Below are positions 1-12,902 of a DNA stretch of 64,000 nt, one piece after another. Position 1 is the stretch's first letter. The number at the start of each line of letters is the position of its first letter. The translations under genes were made by a program, and so were the position numbers. The DNA is taken from positions 186,001 to 250,000 of the forward strand of contig NW_005434648.1 in assembly GCF_000315625.1 (NCBI RefSeq). Reading direction: 5' to 3'. Source of the stretch: Guillardia theta CCMP2712. Taxonomy: Eukaryota > Protista > Cryptophyta. The notes under the pieces are model-generated. The model was given only the letters and a program-made list of their open reading frames with translations, was not told where the DNA came from and made no database searches.

Positions 1-416
1 TTGCTGCCTTGTTCGGTTCCAGCATGCACCACGTCATTCACGACTTCGAACTGCTGCACTTTGCGCTGTTCGCAGTGGTGAACCTCTACTTCGTCCAGGT
101 TCTCTTCGTCATCTTTGGGGTGATCAAGACGTACCAGAAGATCGAAGCGTTCGACAAGGTTCAGTTCAGCGGGGGAGGCTCGAGCCCCTCCAAGTGGGAG
201 GACAGAGACTCGAGGATCGCCATCATCAAGAGCATGTCCATGTACCAGGCAAGCAAGCCCGACAGCTCGCTGCAGGAGAAGATCAGCCGCTATGTCAGCA
301 ATCTCTTTGGATGGGACAGGCAGATCGGAGGTATCGTGATCCCCTTGATGCTGTGAACGAGGACTGATGGAGATGATGATGATGATGATGATGATGGAGA
401 TGATGATGATGATGGA

Positions 417-453
<37 letters not shown>

Positions 454-3400
454 ATGATGATGATGATGGCGATGGAGATGATGATGATGATGGCGATGGC
501 GATGATGATAATGATTATGATGATTGCGATTGAGATGATTGAGATGATTATGATGATTGCGATTGAGATGATGGAGATGATGAAAATGAAGTTGGGATCA
601 AGGAATCGATGATGAATTGTGCAGAATTTTTCTTGTTCCGTGAGAGGATGCGGCTGAAGATCGGATCCCACGGCCTTCTTGACTTCACTGCCTACATGGA
701 GAAATCCATCGGCAGGTGAAACTACACTTGTTGCTCCTCCTTTATTCTCCCCCCTCTCTCGTCGCCTACCCCCCCCCCTCCCCTCCCTCCCGTTTGATCT
801 CCTTCATGCTCATTGACAAGCACGCGCAGAGCTCTCAAGACTCTTGTCCACATCCCTGGGAGAGGCTGGGTCACTTTCTGGGCTATGTTCACCGTTGCCA
901 TTACTTTGAAGTATTTCTCCCCTGCTCCAGCTCCAGCTCCAGCTCCAGCTGCTGCTCCAGCTGCTGCTCTTCCCTCTGCTGCTCCTTCTGCCCTGCTCTT
1001 GCTCTTGCTCTTGCTCTTGCTCTCTTGGTTCCCGCACCTTGCTCTTCCCGCTGCTCCCGCTGTTCCGTCTGCTGCTTTCCTTCTACATTCTTCTCACTTC
1101 GCCTTCAGGCAGTACCTGCAGCTACATGGAGTCACGTCAGCCATGGCGCTGTTCGGTATCATCGCAAGCGGACATCTGGTGACATCCAGTCTTCCTCGCC
1201 CTCGCCCTCCCGGCGCTCCTCTTTCTTCCTCCTCCTGCTCCACCCTCCCTCCCGCCATTCGTCTTCTTCCCTCCCTCCCCTCCCCCTTCCCCATCCTCGC
1301 TCTTCCTTAGTCCCCTGCTTCCGTAGCGCATGCATGACGAAAGTTCGTCAGATCCTGCTGGGAGGTGCTCTCTGGATGCTCGTCAAGGTTTCTCAGGTAC
1401 GAGACAGCTGGACTTGTTGCCTCCGCTCACACCCGCACAGATCAAGGACATGCTGAGGCCGCGACTGACTGCGGTGAAGGAGGAAGGGGAGGGGAGCAAC
1501 AGGATGGGAGGGGTGGAGGGGGGGGGAGGGGGGAGGGTATGTTGAGGCAACGAAGGGGAGGAGGGATTGGCAAGGGGAGGGGAGGAGAGGAAGGGGAGTA
1601 GAAGGAACTTTGTGGGGATCAGAGCTGTAGCTCTGATGCTGCTGGGGTCAGAGGGCTCTGGAGCTCGTGAGGAAGAGTGAGAGCGGCGGGTTGTCGTCGA
1701 CGCCTATCAGAGCCGTTACGGTCTTTGACAAGATGGGAGCCGAGACCGACCTTTGGTGAAGCATCCCTCCCAATGACCTCTGCTCTGCTCTGCTCTGCTC
1801 TGCTCTGCTCTGCTCTGCTCTGCTCTGCTCTGCTCTGCTCTGCTCTGCTCTGCTCTGCTCTGCTCTGCTCTGCTCTGCTCTGCTCTGCTCTGCTCTGCTC
1901 TGCTCTGCTCTGCTCTGCTCTGCTCTGCTCTGCTCTGCTCTGCTCTGCTCTGCTCTCCTCTCATCTTTCCATTCTTCTCCTTTGCTATCCTCTCTTCTCC
2001 TTTCTGCTCTGCTCTGCCCACTTACCTGCGGCTCTCCTCCTCTCTCCTCTTTCCACTCTGCGCGCTCCCTGCTTCCCTACTTGCCCCTACATCTCTACCA
2101 TCCTCTCACACCCTCTTCTCCCCTCTGTCACTGTTTGCATCTCCTCAGGTCACTTCCATCCCTTCCTCTCGTTTTCCTCTTGTTTTCCTTTCGTTTTCCT
2201 CTCGTTTTCCTCCCCCTTCCATCGTCTTACCAACAGCCTCCTCTGACTTTCACTCCTCTTCCAGGGACAGCTCTGTCCTCCTCCATCCCCCCAAGTACCT
2301 CGACCTCCCCGGTGATCTCAGGGAGGAGGAGAACCGGTACTGACGGGACCGCAGACGGCGAGCAGCCCGCATGGAAGAGCAAGTGGGAGCAGCAGGCGCT
2401 GGGGGGGCCTGGGACTGACTCCTTGCTGCGCTAGGTTGAGATCCATCTTTCATCTCAGAGATCCAAGGTTACCTCCCCCCATCTCTTGCTCTCTCCTGCC
2501 CTGCCCTCCCCTACCTCTTTCCTCCACCCTCTTCCTCCTTCCCCTCCCTTGCTCTGCTCTGCTCTGCTCTGCTCTGCACTGCTCTGCTCTGCTCTGCTCT
2601 GCTCTGCTCTGCTCTGCTCTGCTGTCCTGTCCTGTCCTGTCCTGTCCTGTCCTGTCCTGTCCTGTCCTGTCCTGTCCTCACTCTACTCCATCCTCCTTTT
2701 GTCTTCCCCTCTCTCCTCCCCCTCGTCTCACCTCAGTCCCCTCCTCTGCTCAACTTCCCTCTAGGAACAAGCATGAGAGGCTTTTCGGCCTCTACGGAGC
2801 CAACGGGCCGAAAATCTACACTAGCATCTTGCAGGTAAAGGAAGAGAGGCAGAGAATTCTCAGCTCGTGCTTTCCTCGTCCTCCTCCTCGCTCTCCTCTC
2901 CTCATACTGCAGCAATCCTCGTCCTCCTCCTCGCTCTCCTCTCCTCATACTGCTGCAATCCTCGTTCTTTCCGTCCTCATCTTCACATCCTCTTCCCATG
3001 TTCTCTTGTCCTCCCTGTTCCTCCCGCATGCTTCTCTTCTGTCTTCCTGCATGACTGAGTTTTCTTCTCTTGCTCTCTGCAGGCCATCTTCTTTCTCAGC
3101 ACCATCCTCCTCACGTCGCAGATCACGCTGCTCTCGGTGAGACAAAACAAATTGTTTCTCTCCTTCTTCTTTTGCTCCTCCTGCTCCTCCTGCTCCTTCT
3201 GCTCCTCTTCCTCCTCCCCTCCTCTACCACTACCACCACCATCTCCACCTCCTCTGTCTTCTCGTTCTTCACCTCCATCTCTCTTCCTTCTACCTTGTCT
3301 TACATCGCTCCACCAGAATCTTGCTCTGTCCTACAAGCTCGTTACCATCAGCATGTGGGCCTTCACCATGTTCCTCCTCCCCGCCATTATGATGCGACTC

Positions 3401-3458
3401 AACTTCGCCATCTCCACTGAGGAGCTGACAGACTATGGTGTTCTAAGGTATGTCATGT

Positions 3459-3504
<46 letters not shown>

Positions 3505-4641
3505 GCCCCCGCCTCATATCTCATCTGTCCTCGTCATTCCATGGCTGTGCTCTGATTGGTTGGTAGTGAGATTCTCGAAAAACAGAGGCAGAAGCAGGTG
3601 ACGCCGCCTCCTCCATCTGCCCTCCCTCAACTCCCTTCGCTCCACTCGCCCTCTTCCTTCGCTCTGCTCTGCTCTGCTCTGCTCTCTGATGTTTTCTTTC
3701 CTTCAGTTTCTCGTCGGCATTCGCGCCATCCTCGCCTTCCTCGTTCTCTTTCAGAACGGAGACAACAACCTTAACAACAAGATCGAAGTCCTCAGGAAAC
3801 TTCGAACGCTCCCCCCCGATCAAGTTCCGCAGGTTGTTGGCGTTCCACTTCCCTTTCGTCCTCTCCGCTCATTTCCATTTCTCTCTCCTTCCCTCCCCTC
3901 CCCCTTCCCATTTCAGCTGGTCTTCTCCGTCCCTGTCCCATTCTCTTGCCTGTGCTCTCGTTTGAACCTGCTTCGTTTGTCGCTCGCGCTCGCGCTCGCT
4001 CTCGCTCTTCCTCTGACAGCATACGCAGAGACGGGCGGTGGAGGAGGAGTACCAGGAGCTGCAGAAGCTCCCGCAGGTGATGAGCGAGGCAGAGCTAGGA
4101 ACGGAGTGACGAGGAGGCGGCAGGAGGAGATCGGTCTGCTTCAGTACTCCTTCAATGAGGTAAACACTCGATCCTTCCGTCTTGCTCCTTCCCTCCCCCG
4201 CCGCTCTCCCGGCCTCCTCTTCCTCTTCCTCTTCCTCCTCCCCCTTCCTCTTCCACCTCTCTGGTCTTCCCCTCCCCCCCCCACCTCCTTTTTCGTATAT
4301 TCCACTCTCCTCGGCTCTCNNNNNNNNNNNNNNNNNNNNNNNNNNNNNNNNNNNNNNNNNNNNNNNNNNNNNNNNNNNNNNNNNNNNNNNNNNNNNNNNN
4401 NNNNNNNNNNNNNNNNNNNNNNNNNNNNNNNNNNNNNNNNNNNNNNNNNNNNNNNNNNNNNNNNNNNNNNNNNNNNNNNNNNNNNNNNNNNNNNNNNNNN
4501 NNNNNNNNNNNNNNNNNNNNNNNNNNNNTTAGATGACATCGAGGCCAACCTGGACAAGAAGGGGCTACATCTTGTTCTCTCTAACTTGGGAGTCAACCTC
4601 GACGACGAGCAGGTGATGATTTGTTGTGACGACCTCCACCT

Positions 4642-4703
<62 letters not shown>

Positions 4704-6122
4704 TTCCTTCTCGATCTGCTTTCCTCCTCCTCTCCTCGAGTTTCTGACTTTCATCTCAGATTGACATCTTGTTCGAGTACATGGACAGGTCTCCTGCGCT
4801 GACTCACAATCTCAATGCTAACACCGCCTCTCCCCTGCCCTCCCTTTCTCCCTCCCTGCCTCCTCCTCCTCCTCCTCCTCCTCCTCCTCCTCGCTGTTTC
4901 CTGGCTTTCCGCTTCCTTTCCCCTCTTTCAGGGCCAAGAACGACCTGATCGACTTCAAGGAGTTCGCCACTGCTCTGCTTCTGGTACTGCTGCTTCCGCA
5001 CTGTCCCTTCCCTCCCTCACATCTTTTCAGCCTGCTCCTGGCATGCCCCCGCTAGACAAGAAGGCCTTCGATACCGACATCGCTGGTACGTCGCCCCTTG
5101 ACATCCTCCTCCTCCGTCTCCTCTCTTCCCTCCCCTCTCTCCTCTCCTCCCTCTCCCTCCTCTCCTCCCTTTTTCCCTCCTTATCTCATCGACTTCGAGG
5201 TGTTCCCTCCCTCGCACCCTCTGTGAATCTTCCACCCTGTCGTCCTGCCTGTCTTCTCATCAATTCATCCCTGCCTTCCTGCTTCTACTCTGTCTCTACC
5301 CCCTTCCCCTCCCTCCTCGCCTTCCCTGTCCCGTTGCCTCTGCTACGTTTACTGACGAGGGTATCTGATAGCTGACGCTGCCAATCGATTGTTCGAGGTT
5401 CATCTCCAGCTCCCTTGCTGTTTTCCCTCCACTCCCACCCGCTTCCTACCTATCCTCCAGCGTTGCCCCCACGATCTCCCCTTCTTTCTTCCCACTCCCC
5501 TTTCCTCACACCTACTCTCTCTCCCCTGTTCTTGAAGCCGCTCAGCTCCTCTCCTCTCTCCGCTCCTCTCATCTTCTCTCCTCTCGTCTCCTCTCCTCCC
5601 CTCCTCTCGTCTCCTCTCATCTCCTCTTCCTCCCCTCCCCTCTCCTCTCTTCTCCTCTCATCTCCTCTGCTCCTCCCGCAGGTCATCGACCTCAACGACG
5701 ACGGCAACATATCTCTCGATGAGTTTCAGGGCGCCCTCACCACCATCTACCCCTCCTGGAATCCCGAGTCCCTTGTCGGCCTCTTCCGTGAGCTCGACTA
5801 CAATGTGAGCCCTGCCCTTCCCCCTTCCTCCCCTTCGCTCCTCCCCCTCCCCCTCTCCCCTCCTTCCAGCTCCTTCCTGCTCCCCTCCCCTTTCTTCCTT
5901 CCCCTTCCTCCCCTTCTCACCTCTCCCTTCTCCTCGTACTCTCACTGACGCCTGCTGCTACAAGAACACTGGATTGATCGACAAGGAGGACCTCGACAAG
6001 TTCGTTCGCAAGGTCCGTCCTCCTCTACAGCCCGTCCCACCGCTCCCTCTCTCCCTCTTTCCTTCCTTCCCTCGCTCGCTTGCTGACTCCTGCCCTGCCA
6101 GGCGTTGAGCACAACCGTGTGA
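1..6122 (+). CDS. MLO-like multi-pass membrane protein with C-terminal calmodulin-like EF-hand domain (5' end outside window, many exons, one N-gap)
   Basis: Spliced exons give [48 protein letters not shown] (MLO-type FDFxxYxxRS), [36 protein letters not shown], then EF-hand segments [31 protein letters not shown] and [15 protein letters not shown]; stop TGA at 6120-6122. Confidence 0.72.
366..590 (+). repeat. (ATG)n-based microsatellite in an intron
   Basis: Long degenerate GATGAT tract; produces the spurious poly-Met ORF 367-612. Confidence 0.95.
1779..1956 (+). repeat. (TGCTC)n pentanucleotide microsatellite, intronic
   Basis: Perfect tctgc run of about 175 bp. Confidence 0.97.
2550..2677 (+). 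repeat. compound (TGCTC)n-(TGTCC)n microsatellite, intronic
   Basis: Seen directly; same TGCTC unit as 1779-1956. Confidence 0.95.
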
Positions 6123-7337
6123 ACGGAGGTCTTTCTTAACGCTACTTCAAGAGGTAGCAGCGGAGGGATCATGTCTCGTCTATTACGAGGAAAGAAGATT
6201 ACAGCAGCCTGCGTATGCCTCGTCGCCCCAAGTCTCCTCTCACCCATCCTCGATTTGTTCGTGCCTTCCTGCACAACAGCTTTCGTCACTTTGATGGCCA
6301 GTCCTCGCAGCTCCCGTCTGCTTGGCTCGTCAAACTCTTGCTTTCCAGCCTCCTCTCGCTCTCCCTCTCGCTCTCCCTCTCCCTCTCCCTCTCCCTCTCC
6401 CTCTCCCTCTCCCTCTCCCTCTCCCTCTCTCCCCTGCATCATATAAAGGCATTTCGACATGCTCTACTCCCCCTCGCCTTCTCGTCCTTGGGTGGTACCC
6501 ACCCCACTTTTACCACATAATTTGAGTCTAAGTAGGGGCTCAAATGTGATCGCAGACTACCCCTACCCCCCCTTGACGAAAACCTTCGTTCAGTCTCAAT
6601 GTACCCTATGGCAGAAGCGGGGGAAGCCGGAGGGGAGGGAGGGGAGGGAGGGGAGGGAAGGGAGAAGCTACGGGCTTGGGGAAGGGGGAAGGAAGCGTAG
6701 AGGGGAGGAAGGAGTGAGGAGGAAGGGCGGGAGGAGGTGTAGGGGGTGGAAGTAGGGGGAGGCGATCAGGGACGCGCAATAGAGTAGCAATGGAGCACAG
6801 GAAACAGGGTGGAGGGAAGCGAACGATTGGGTGAGACCAGAACTGTGATTGAGAGAGGAGTAGGAGAGAAGCGACAGAAGCATGGTGCCCGCTCGCAGAA
6901 GCCGGAAGTAGATCGGTGAGTAGAGCGGGGGCGGGAGAGAGTCGAAAGGGGTATTAGGAATAAGGAGCGGCAGTGCGAGGAGCGAGAGAGGAGAAGAGGA
7001 GAGGAGAGGTGCGAGAATGGATTGAACGGGTCAGGTTGAGTCGGTTGATGTGCTCAGGCACAAGCTAGATGTAAAAACTATGACAGAATGAGGTTGAGGA
7101 AACGAGTCCTTTCCCTCTTCCTTGTTGCTGTTCTCTGGCAATGATGGGGAGAACAGGTCAGGGTGGGAGCAGGAGCACATGACGGGCAGCGAGTTGGACA
7201 TACTGTGCAGCATCTGAGACGGCGAAGTGCGAGGAACGGGCTGAGGATGAAGTGAGCATGCCCGTCTGAAGGAGATCTGGAGAAGGTTCAACGGTCGACC
7301 GCGGTCAAGATCTGCTGGTCCGGTGGAGGCATCGCGG

Positions 7338-8980
7338 ATGCAGGACCCCGGGCAGACACCGACGAGCAAGGCAGGTAGAGCACAAGGGAGGGAGGAGAGG
7401 GGAAGGGCTTCTGACGCTTCTGGTGGAGGCGTGACAGCAATCCAGACCGCCAGACAGGTAAGAGCTGGCAGGGAGGAAGGGGGCAGGAGGAGGACCTGGT
7501 TGTAGTGGTGGTGGTGGTGGTGGTGGTGGTGGTGGAGGAGGAGGAGGAGGAGGAGGAGGAGTTTCCCTTGGAGCATGCGTGACGGGAGTGCTGCAGAGCC
7601 TATCGAAGCAGATGAATCTGTCGAGCCATGCCGTGGCCGGTCTGCTGGCTGGGTTTGTTAGCAGGTGAAAGGGCTGAACTAGAGTGAGGACCATGTTGAC
7701 ACCCTGCCGCTAGCGTGATGACCCATCCACTTGACGTTGTCAAGACAAGATTCCAGGTGAGGAGGAGGAGGAGGAGGAGGAGGAGGAGGAGGGAGGGCAG
7801 TGGGGAGGGGCAGTGGGGAGGGGCAGTTGGGAGGGAGGAACGGGGAGCAGCAGGTTGAACGAGAGATGAGAGGGAGGAGGGAGGGAGAGGGAGCAAGTGG
7901 AAGGAGAGACTGACGAGCATGCGTCAGGTGCAAGACGGAGTCATGAGCTCCGTGCCCAAGTACAAGAGCACCTTCCATGTACGCGAGAGATTTGAGCGAG
8001 AGGCGGGATGAAGTTGAGGAGCTGAGAGCTGAAGGAGAGAGGAAGGATTGAGGCAGAAACGCGGGCAGAGGAAAGTAGACAATGGATGAGAGGAGGAGAA
8101 GGAGGAGGATGGTGAGGAGGAGGGGAAACAGGAGGAGGAGGAGGATGGTGAGGAGGAGGGGAAGCAGAAGGAGGAGGAGGAGGTGGAGGAGGCTGATGAT
8201 AAGATTTGCAGGCACTTGTGACCATCGTCAGGACAGAGGGCGTGACAACCTTGTGAAGTCTTCGGGTTGTTTGGGCCGCAGTAACAACCTGTCAGGTATG
8301 CTGGACTGACCCCCAACCTGCTGGGGTCGACTATCGCGTGGGGCTGCTACTTCTACAGCTACAACTACCTCCGAGGGCTTGCAAGAGCAGGAACAACTCC
8401 CGTCTTCCTCTTCCCAACTTCCTTGTCTCTTCTTTTCTCCCCACCTCCTCCTACCCTCCTTCTTATCTTGCCGCTCCGTCATCCCCCGTGCTCTTTGTGC
8501 CTCTCCCGGCGGTCGAGGAGTGGGAGTGACGTCGTGCTGCAGACGGTCGGCTGCTCGACTCGCGCGGTCAGTTGGGTCCGCTGGTGAACATGGCATGCGC
8601 TGCATGTGCGTGCTGGGCCCCTGCTGGATGCCTGCTGGGCTGACGGGGGAGCAGGCGCGGGGATCGGGACTTGTCTCGCCACCAACCCCATCTGGCTTGT
8701 CAAGACGAGACTCCAGCTGCAGTCGGGGGCCGTCAACAAGGCCGGGGCCGCTCCAGGAGCGCAGCAGGCGATCAGGTGGGAGGCGGTGCAAGGAGGAGAG
8801 GAGGGGAATGGAGGGAGAGGACACGGGGTGGGCTGTGGGGAGGGAGTAGGGTAGGGTTGGTGGAGGGTAACAAGTTGATTGAAGATACCGAGGGATGATC
8901 GACGGATTTCGTCAAGTTATCAAGAGCGATGGGGTAAACATTCCTCCCCCTGGTGGTGGTGGTGGTGGTGGTGGTGGTGG

Positions 8981-9011
<31 letters not shown>

Positions 9012-10267
9012 GCTGGTGGTGCTGGTGCTGGTGCTGGTGCTGGTGCTGGTGGTGCTGCTCCTCCTCCTCCTCCTCCTCTGCGTTGTTTCCTCCTCCTCCT
9101 CCTCCTCCGCTCCCTCCTCTCCCACACCTTCCCCTCCTTGACATTGTTCAGTTTTTTGGACTCTACCGCGGACTCGTCCCTTCCTTGTTCCTTGTCTCTC
9201 ATGGAGCAATTCAGGTAGGAAAGAGAAGAAAGTCGAGATAGTGCAGGGAGAAGGGAAGCAGGAGCAGGAGGCGAGAGGCAGGAGGCAGGAGGCAGGAGGC
9301 AGGAGGCAGGAGGCAGGAGGCAGGAGGCAGGAGGAGGGAGGCAGGAGGCAGGAGGCAGGAGGCAGGAGGCAGGAGGCAGGAGGCAGGAGGAGGGAGGCAG
9401 GAGGAGGGAGGAGGGAGGATGTTGTATTCACCCTGCCCTGCGCGTGCAGTTCATGGCGTACGAGGAGCTCAAGAAACTTTTCCGCCACTACTGGGAGAAG
9501 GGAGACGATCACCTGCACACGTGGCAGACTCTCTTGACCAGCTCCCTGTCCAAGGTCCAGACCCCAGCGAACCGTTTGCGGCCCCTCAACCTGATCCGCC
9601 CAACTGCTCCTGCTTCTGCTCTCGCTGCCGCTGCCGCTCATGATCCTGATCCTGATCCTGATCCTGATCCTGATCCTGATCCTGATCCTGATCCTGATCC
9701 TGATCCTGATCCTGCTGCTCTTGCTGCTCCTCCGTGTTCTCTTCCTCCATCCCCTCACCCATGGTCTCAGGTCTTCGCCTCTGCCGTCACCTACCCCAAC
9801 CAAGTTGTGCGATCTCGCCTGCAGCAGGTACCACACAGTCTGCCCCCCCTCCTCTCCGCTCCCATCAGTATCTTCTCCCTTCACCTATCCGCCCTCCTCA
9901 CTGTTTCCATGGCTTGCCTGTTCCTTTCCTTTCCCCCGTTGGTTCACATTTGCCTTCCTCTGTCTCCCTCCTCTCGTCTTCCCTTCACCTCTTCCCCTCC
10001 CTCCTCCTCCCTCCTCCTCCCTCCTCCTCGCTGCTTCACCCTTTCTCACCTCCCCTTCCCTCTCTTCTCTTCATTGCTCCTCCTTCCTCTCCCTTGCTCG
10101 TCCCTCACTCGCAGTTCCAGGTAGACCCGAACCTCTCGCTCGGGAGCTCCAATCAGGGGGAGGGAAGGTACCTCTACTTCCCAGCGCTCTCCGTGTCCCA
10201 ACAGGAGGTGGCAGGTACTACAAGGGAACCGTCGACGTCATCGTCAAGACTCTGAGGAGGGAGGGGG
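7338..10267 (+). CDS. Mitochondrial carrier family protein, folate/FAD transporter type (SLC25A32/FOLT1-like); 3' end lost in gap, start uncertain
   Basis: Three carrier signatures across exons: THPLDVVKTRFQ, TNPIWLVKTRLQLQ, TYPNQVVRSRLQ; also YAGLTPNLLGSTIAWGCYFYSYN and [27 protein letters not shown], typical of this subfamily. Confidence 0.9.
9641..9713 (+). repeat. (GATCCT)n hexanucleotide microsatellite, intronic
   Basis: Seen directly. Confidence 0.95.
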
Positions 10268-12902
10268 TGAGCCAACGCTAGTCTGCTCCGCGGGCTGGAT
10301 CCTCCCCCCCCCCCTTTCTTTTCAAACTCTTGNNNNNNNNNNNNNNNNNNNNNNNNNNNNNNNNNNNNNNNNNNNNNNNNNNNNNNNNNNNNNNNNNNNN
10401 NNNNNNNNNNNNNNNNNNNNNNNNNNNNNNNNNNNNNNNNNNNNNNNNNNNNNNNNNNNNNNNNNNNNNNNNNNNNNNNNNNNNNNNNNNNNNNNNNNNN
10501 NNNNNNNNNNNNNNNNNNNNNNNNNNNNNNNNNNNNNNNNNNNNNNNNNNNNNNNNNNNNNNNNNNNNNNNNNNNNNNNNNNNNNNNNNNNNNNNNNNNN
10601 NNNNNNNNNNNNNNNNNNNNNNNNNNNNNNNNNNNNNNNNNNNNNNNNNNNNNNNNNNNNNNNNNNNNNNNNNNNNNNNNNNNNNNNNNNNNNNNNNNNN
10701 NNNNNNNNNNNNNNNNNNNNNNNNNNNNNNNNNNNNNNNNNNNNNNNNNNNNNNNNNNNNNNNNNNNNNNNNNNNNNNNNNNNNNNNNNNNNNNNNNNNN
10801 NNNNNNNNNNNNNNNNNNNNNNNNNNNNNNNNNNNNNNNNNNNNNNNNNNNNNNNNNNNNNNNNNNNNNNNNNNNNNNNNNNNNNNNNNNNNNNNNNNNN
10901 NNNNNNNNNNNNNNNNNNNNNNNNNNNNNNNNNNNNNNNNNNNNNNNNNNNNNNNNNNNNNNNNNNNNNNNNNNNNNNNNNNNNNNNNNNNNNNNNNNNN
11001 NNNNNNNNNNNNNNNNNNNNNNNNNNNNNNNNNNNNNNNNNNNNNNNNNNNNNNNNNNNNNNNNNNNNNNNNNNNNNNNNNNNNNNNNNNNNNNNNNNNN
11101 NNNNNNNNNNNNNNNNNNNNNNNNNNNNNNNNNNNNNNNNNNNNNNNNNNNNNNNNNNNNNNNNNNNNNNNNNNNNNNNNNNNNNNNNNNNNNNNNNNNN
11201 NNNNNNNNNNNGTCACGGTCACAAGGGGTTGCAGGGCCAGTTTGGGTGATGGGACTGAATATTCGTTATATAATTTCAAAATATAATTGCTCATATGAAA
11301 AACGTCTCAGTAAATTTCAAGCATGCATCTCGAGCCCCATAGATTGTTTACTACAGGACGTGATGACTCGGACTGAAGGGTGGGGTGGAAGAAAATTATG
11401 CAGTGACTAAAGCATAGAGTAGGGGTAGGGTAGTGATGCGCAGGAAAACGAAGCTGTGGGTGGTACAAAGCATAGAAAATGGCGTTCAATAATTGGGAAT
11501 AACAGGGGGTACTGGTAGGGAGACAAGACCATTTCAACAGGGTGGGTAGTGTAAACTGGGGGGTGGGGAAGGCACATCTACATCTGTCAATCGGAGGAAC
11601 AAGACAACGTTTCGACACTTTCTCTTCATAGTACTTTTTTTAGTCGCAGTAGCACTCAACAACCCAACCAATACTACCAGTAGGAGTACCCCTATCCCTC
11701 CTCCGATGTTCCCAAAATTGATTAAAGTTTTATGGTACCAAAGCAATGGTGACCTTACTACTATCTTTACAACAGAAACACACGTGTAGTAATCTTTTTT
11801 TTTTTTGAGGGGGGAAATGGCTTTGCCTGTGGGTGGGATTCCACGTCTTTCGTCTGGTGCCAGGGGTATAGTTTTTGCGGCTTCAATTGAACCCCCCTTG
11901 GGGACAGAAGGATGACCCCCTGTGACTCCCAAAGTTTTGAAATACTGCGATACAGGAGGGTGTAGGGTAACACCGGTACACCCCCCAACCCATCTCTAAT
12001 TTCCAATCAAATACCTGTGCCTCTCGTACCAAATAGTGTGAGGTGCCCTATAGATTTTTTCATAAAAATTGGTACAATATTTGAGTTATCTTGATAAAAT
12101 GTACCATGTTTCAAAACAAGAGGTATAGGCTTGTGATTATTTGATACAAATAAAAAAACATTTCGAAACTGGTGGTAATACGAAGAATAGAATATGATGG
12201 TACACTTTTGAAAACAAACAAATAGTTTTATTTTTGTGTACTGATTTTAAGACTCCAGTACCGGGTCGTTACGAAGTCTGTACAAATCTTAAAACGACTT
12301 TTGTTGTCCCGCGCTGCAGTAAAAATGGCGAAGGAGGAAGGGAGGAGAGGGAAGAATATGTTGAGGGAGAGTAATGTTGGGAGGACGGAGGGAGGAGGGA
12401 GAGTTTAGAATCAGGATATAATGATGCTGGTATCTACACGCCCTTTCGCGTGGCTGCATGCTAAGAATGTATGGCGTTTGTGCCTTTCAGTTCGAGGAAG
12501 ACTCTTGCTCCCGTACAATGGCGGGTTGCTTGGCATAGACCATCGATGCGTTTTGCAAGTTGAGGGTAAAAATGATCTAGCAGGAAGCAGACACCTGATG
12601 TCTTAAAGCGCTTTGATCGGTGTGCTGCTGGGCGAGAGTCATTCCTTGTGCAGTACTTTTTGTTCGTGACGTGACTAGACCTGCCGTCGCAATGTTGCCT
12701 GTTGTTGACGATTTCATGCTGTGCAGAGCAAGCTGCTGCAATGTTCGTGCCAATGATTCCCAGGTAATGACAACTGCATGACTAAAACTAGAAAACTGAA
12801 CTTCAGGACAGCGAGGTGTGATCGCCCAACACCGGAACTGCTGTTATCTTCGGAAGGACTACTTATCATTATTCAGCTCTCTGAAACTTGCCGAGAGGGC
12901 AT

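Noticed and set aside
367-612. Poly-Met ORF, and similar ALLCS, poly-H, poly-W, DP and RS repeat ORFs elsewhere
   Set aside because: They are translations of intronic microsatellites lying between clear GT..AG boundaries of real genes
10278-11294. Long ORFs of 318-338 aa
   Set aside because: Artefacts of reading through the N-gap
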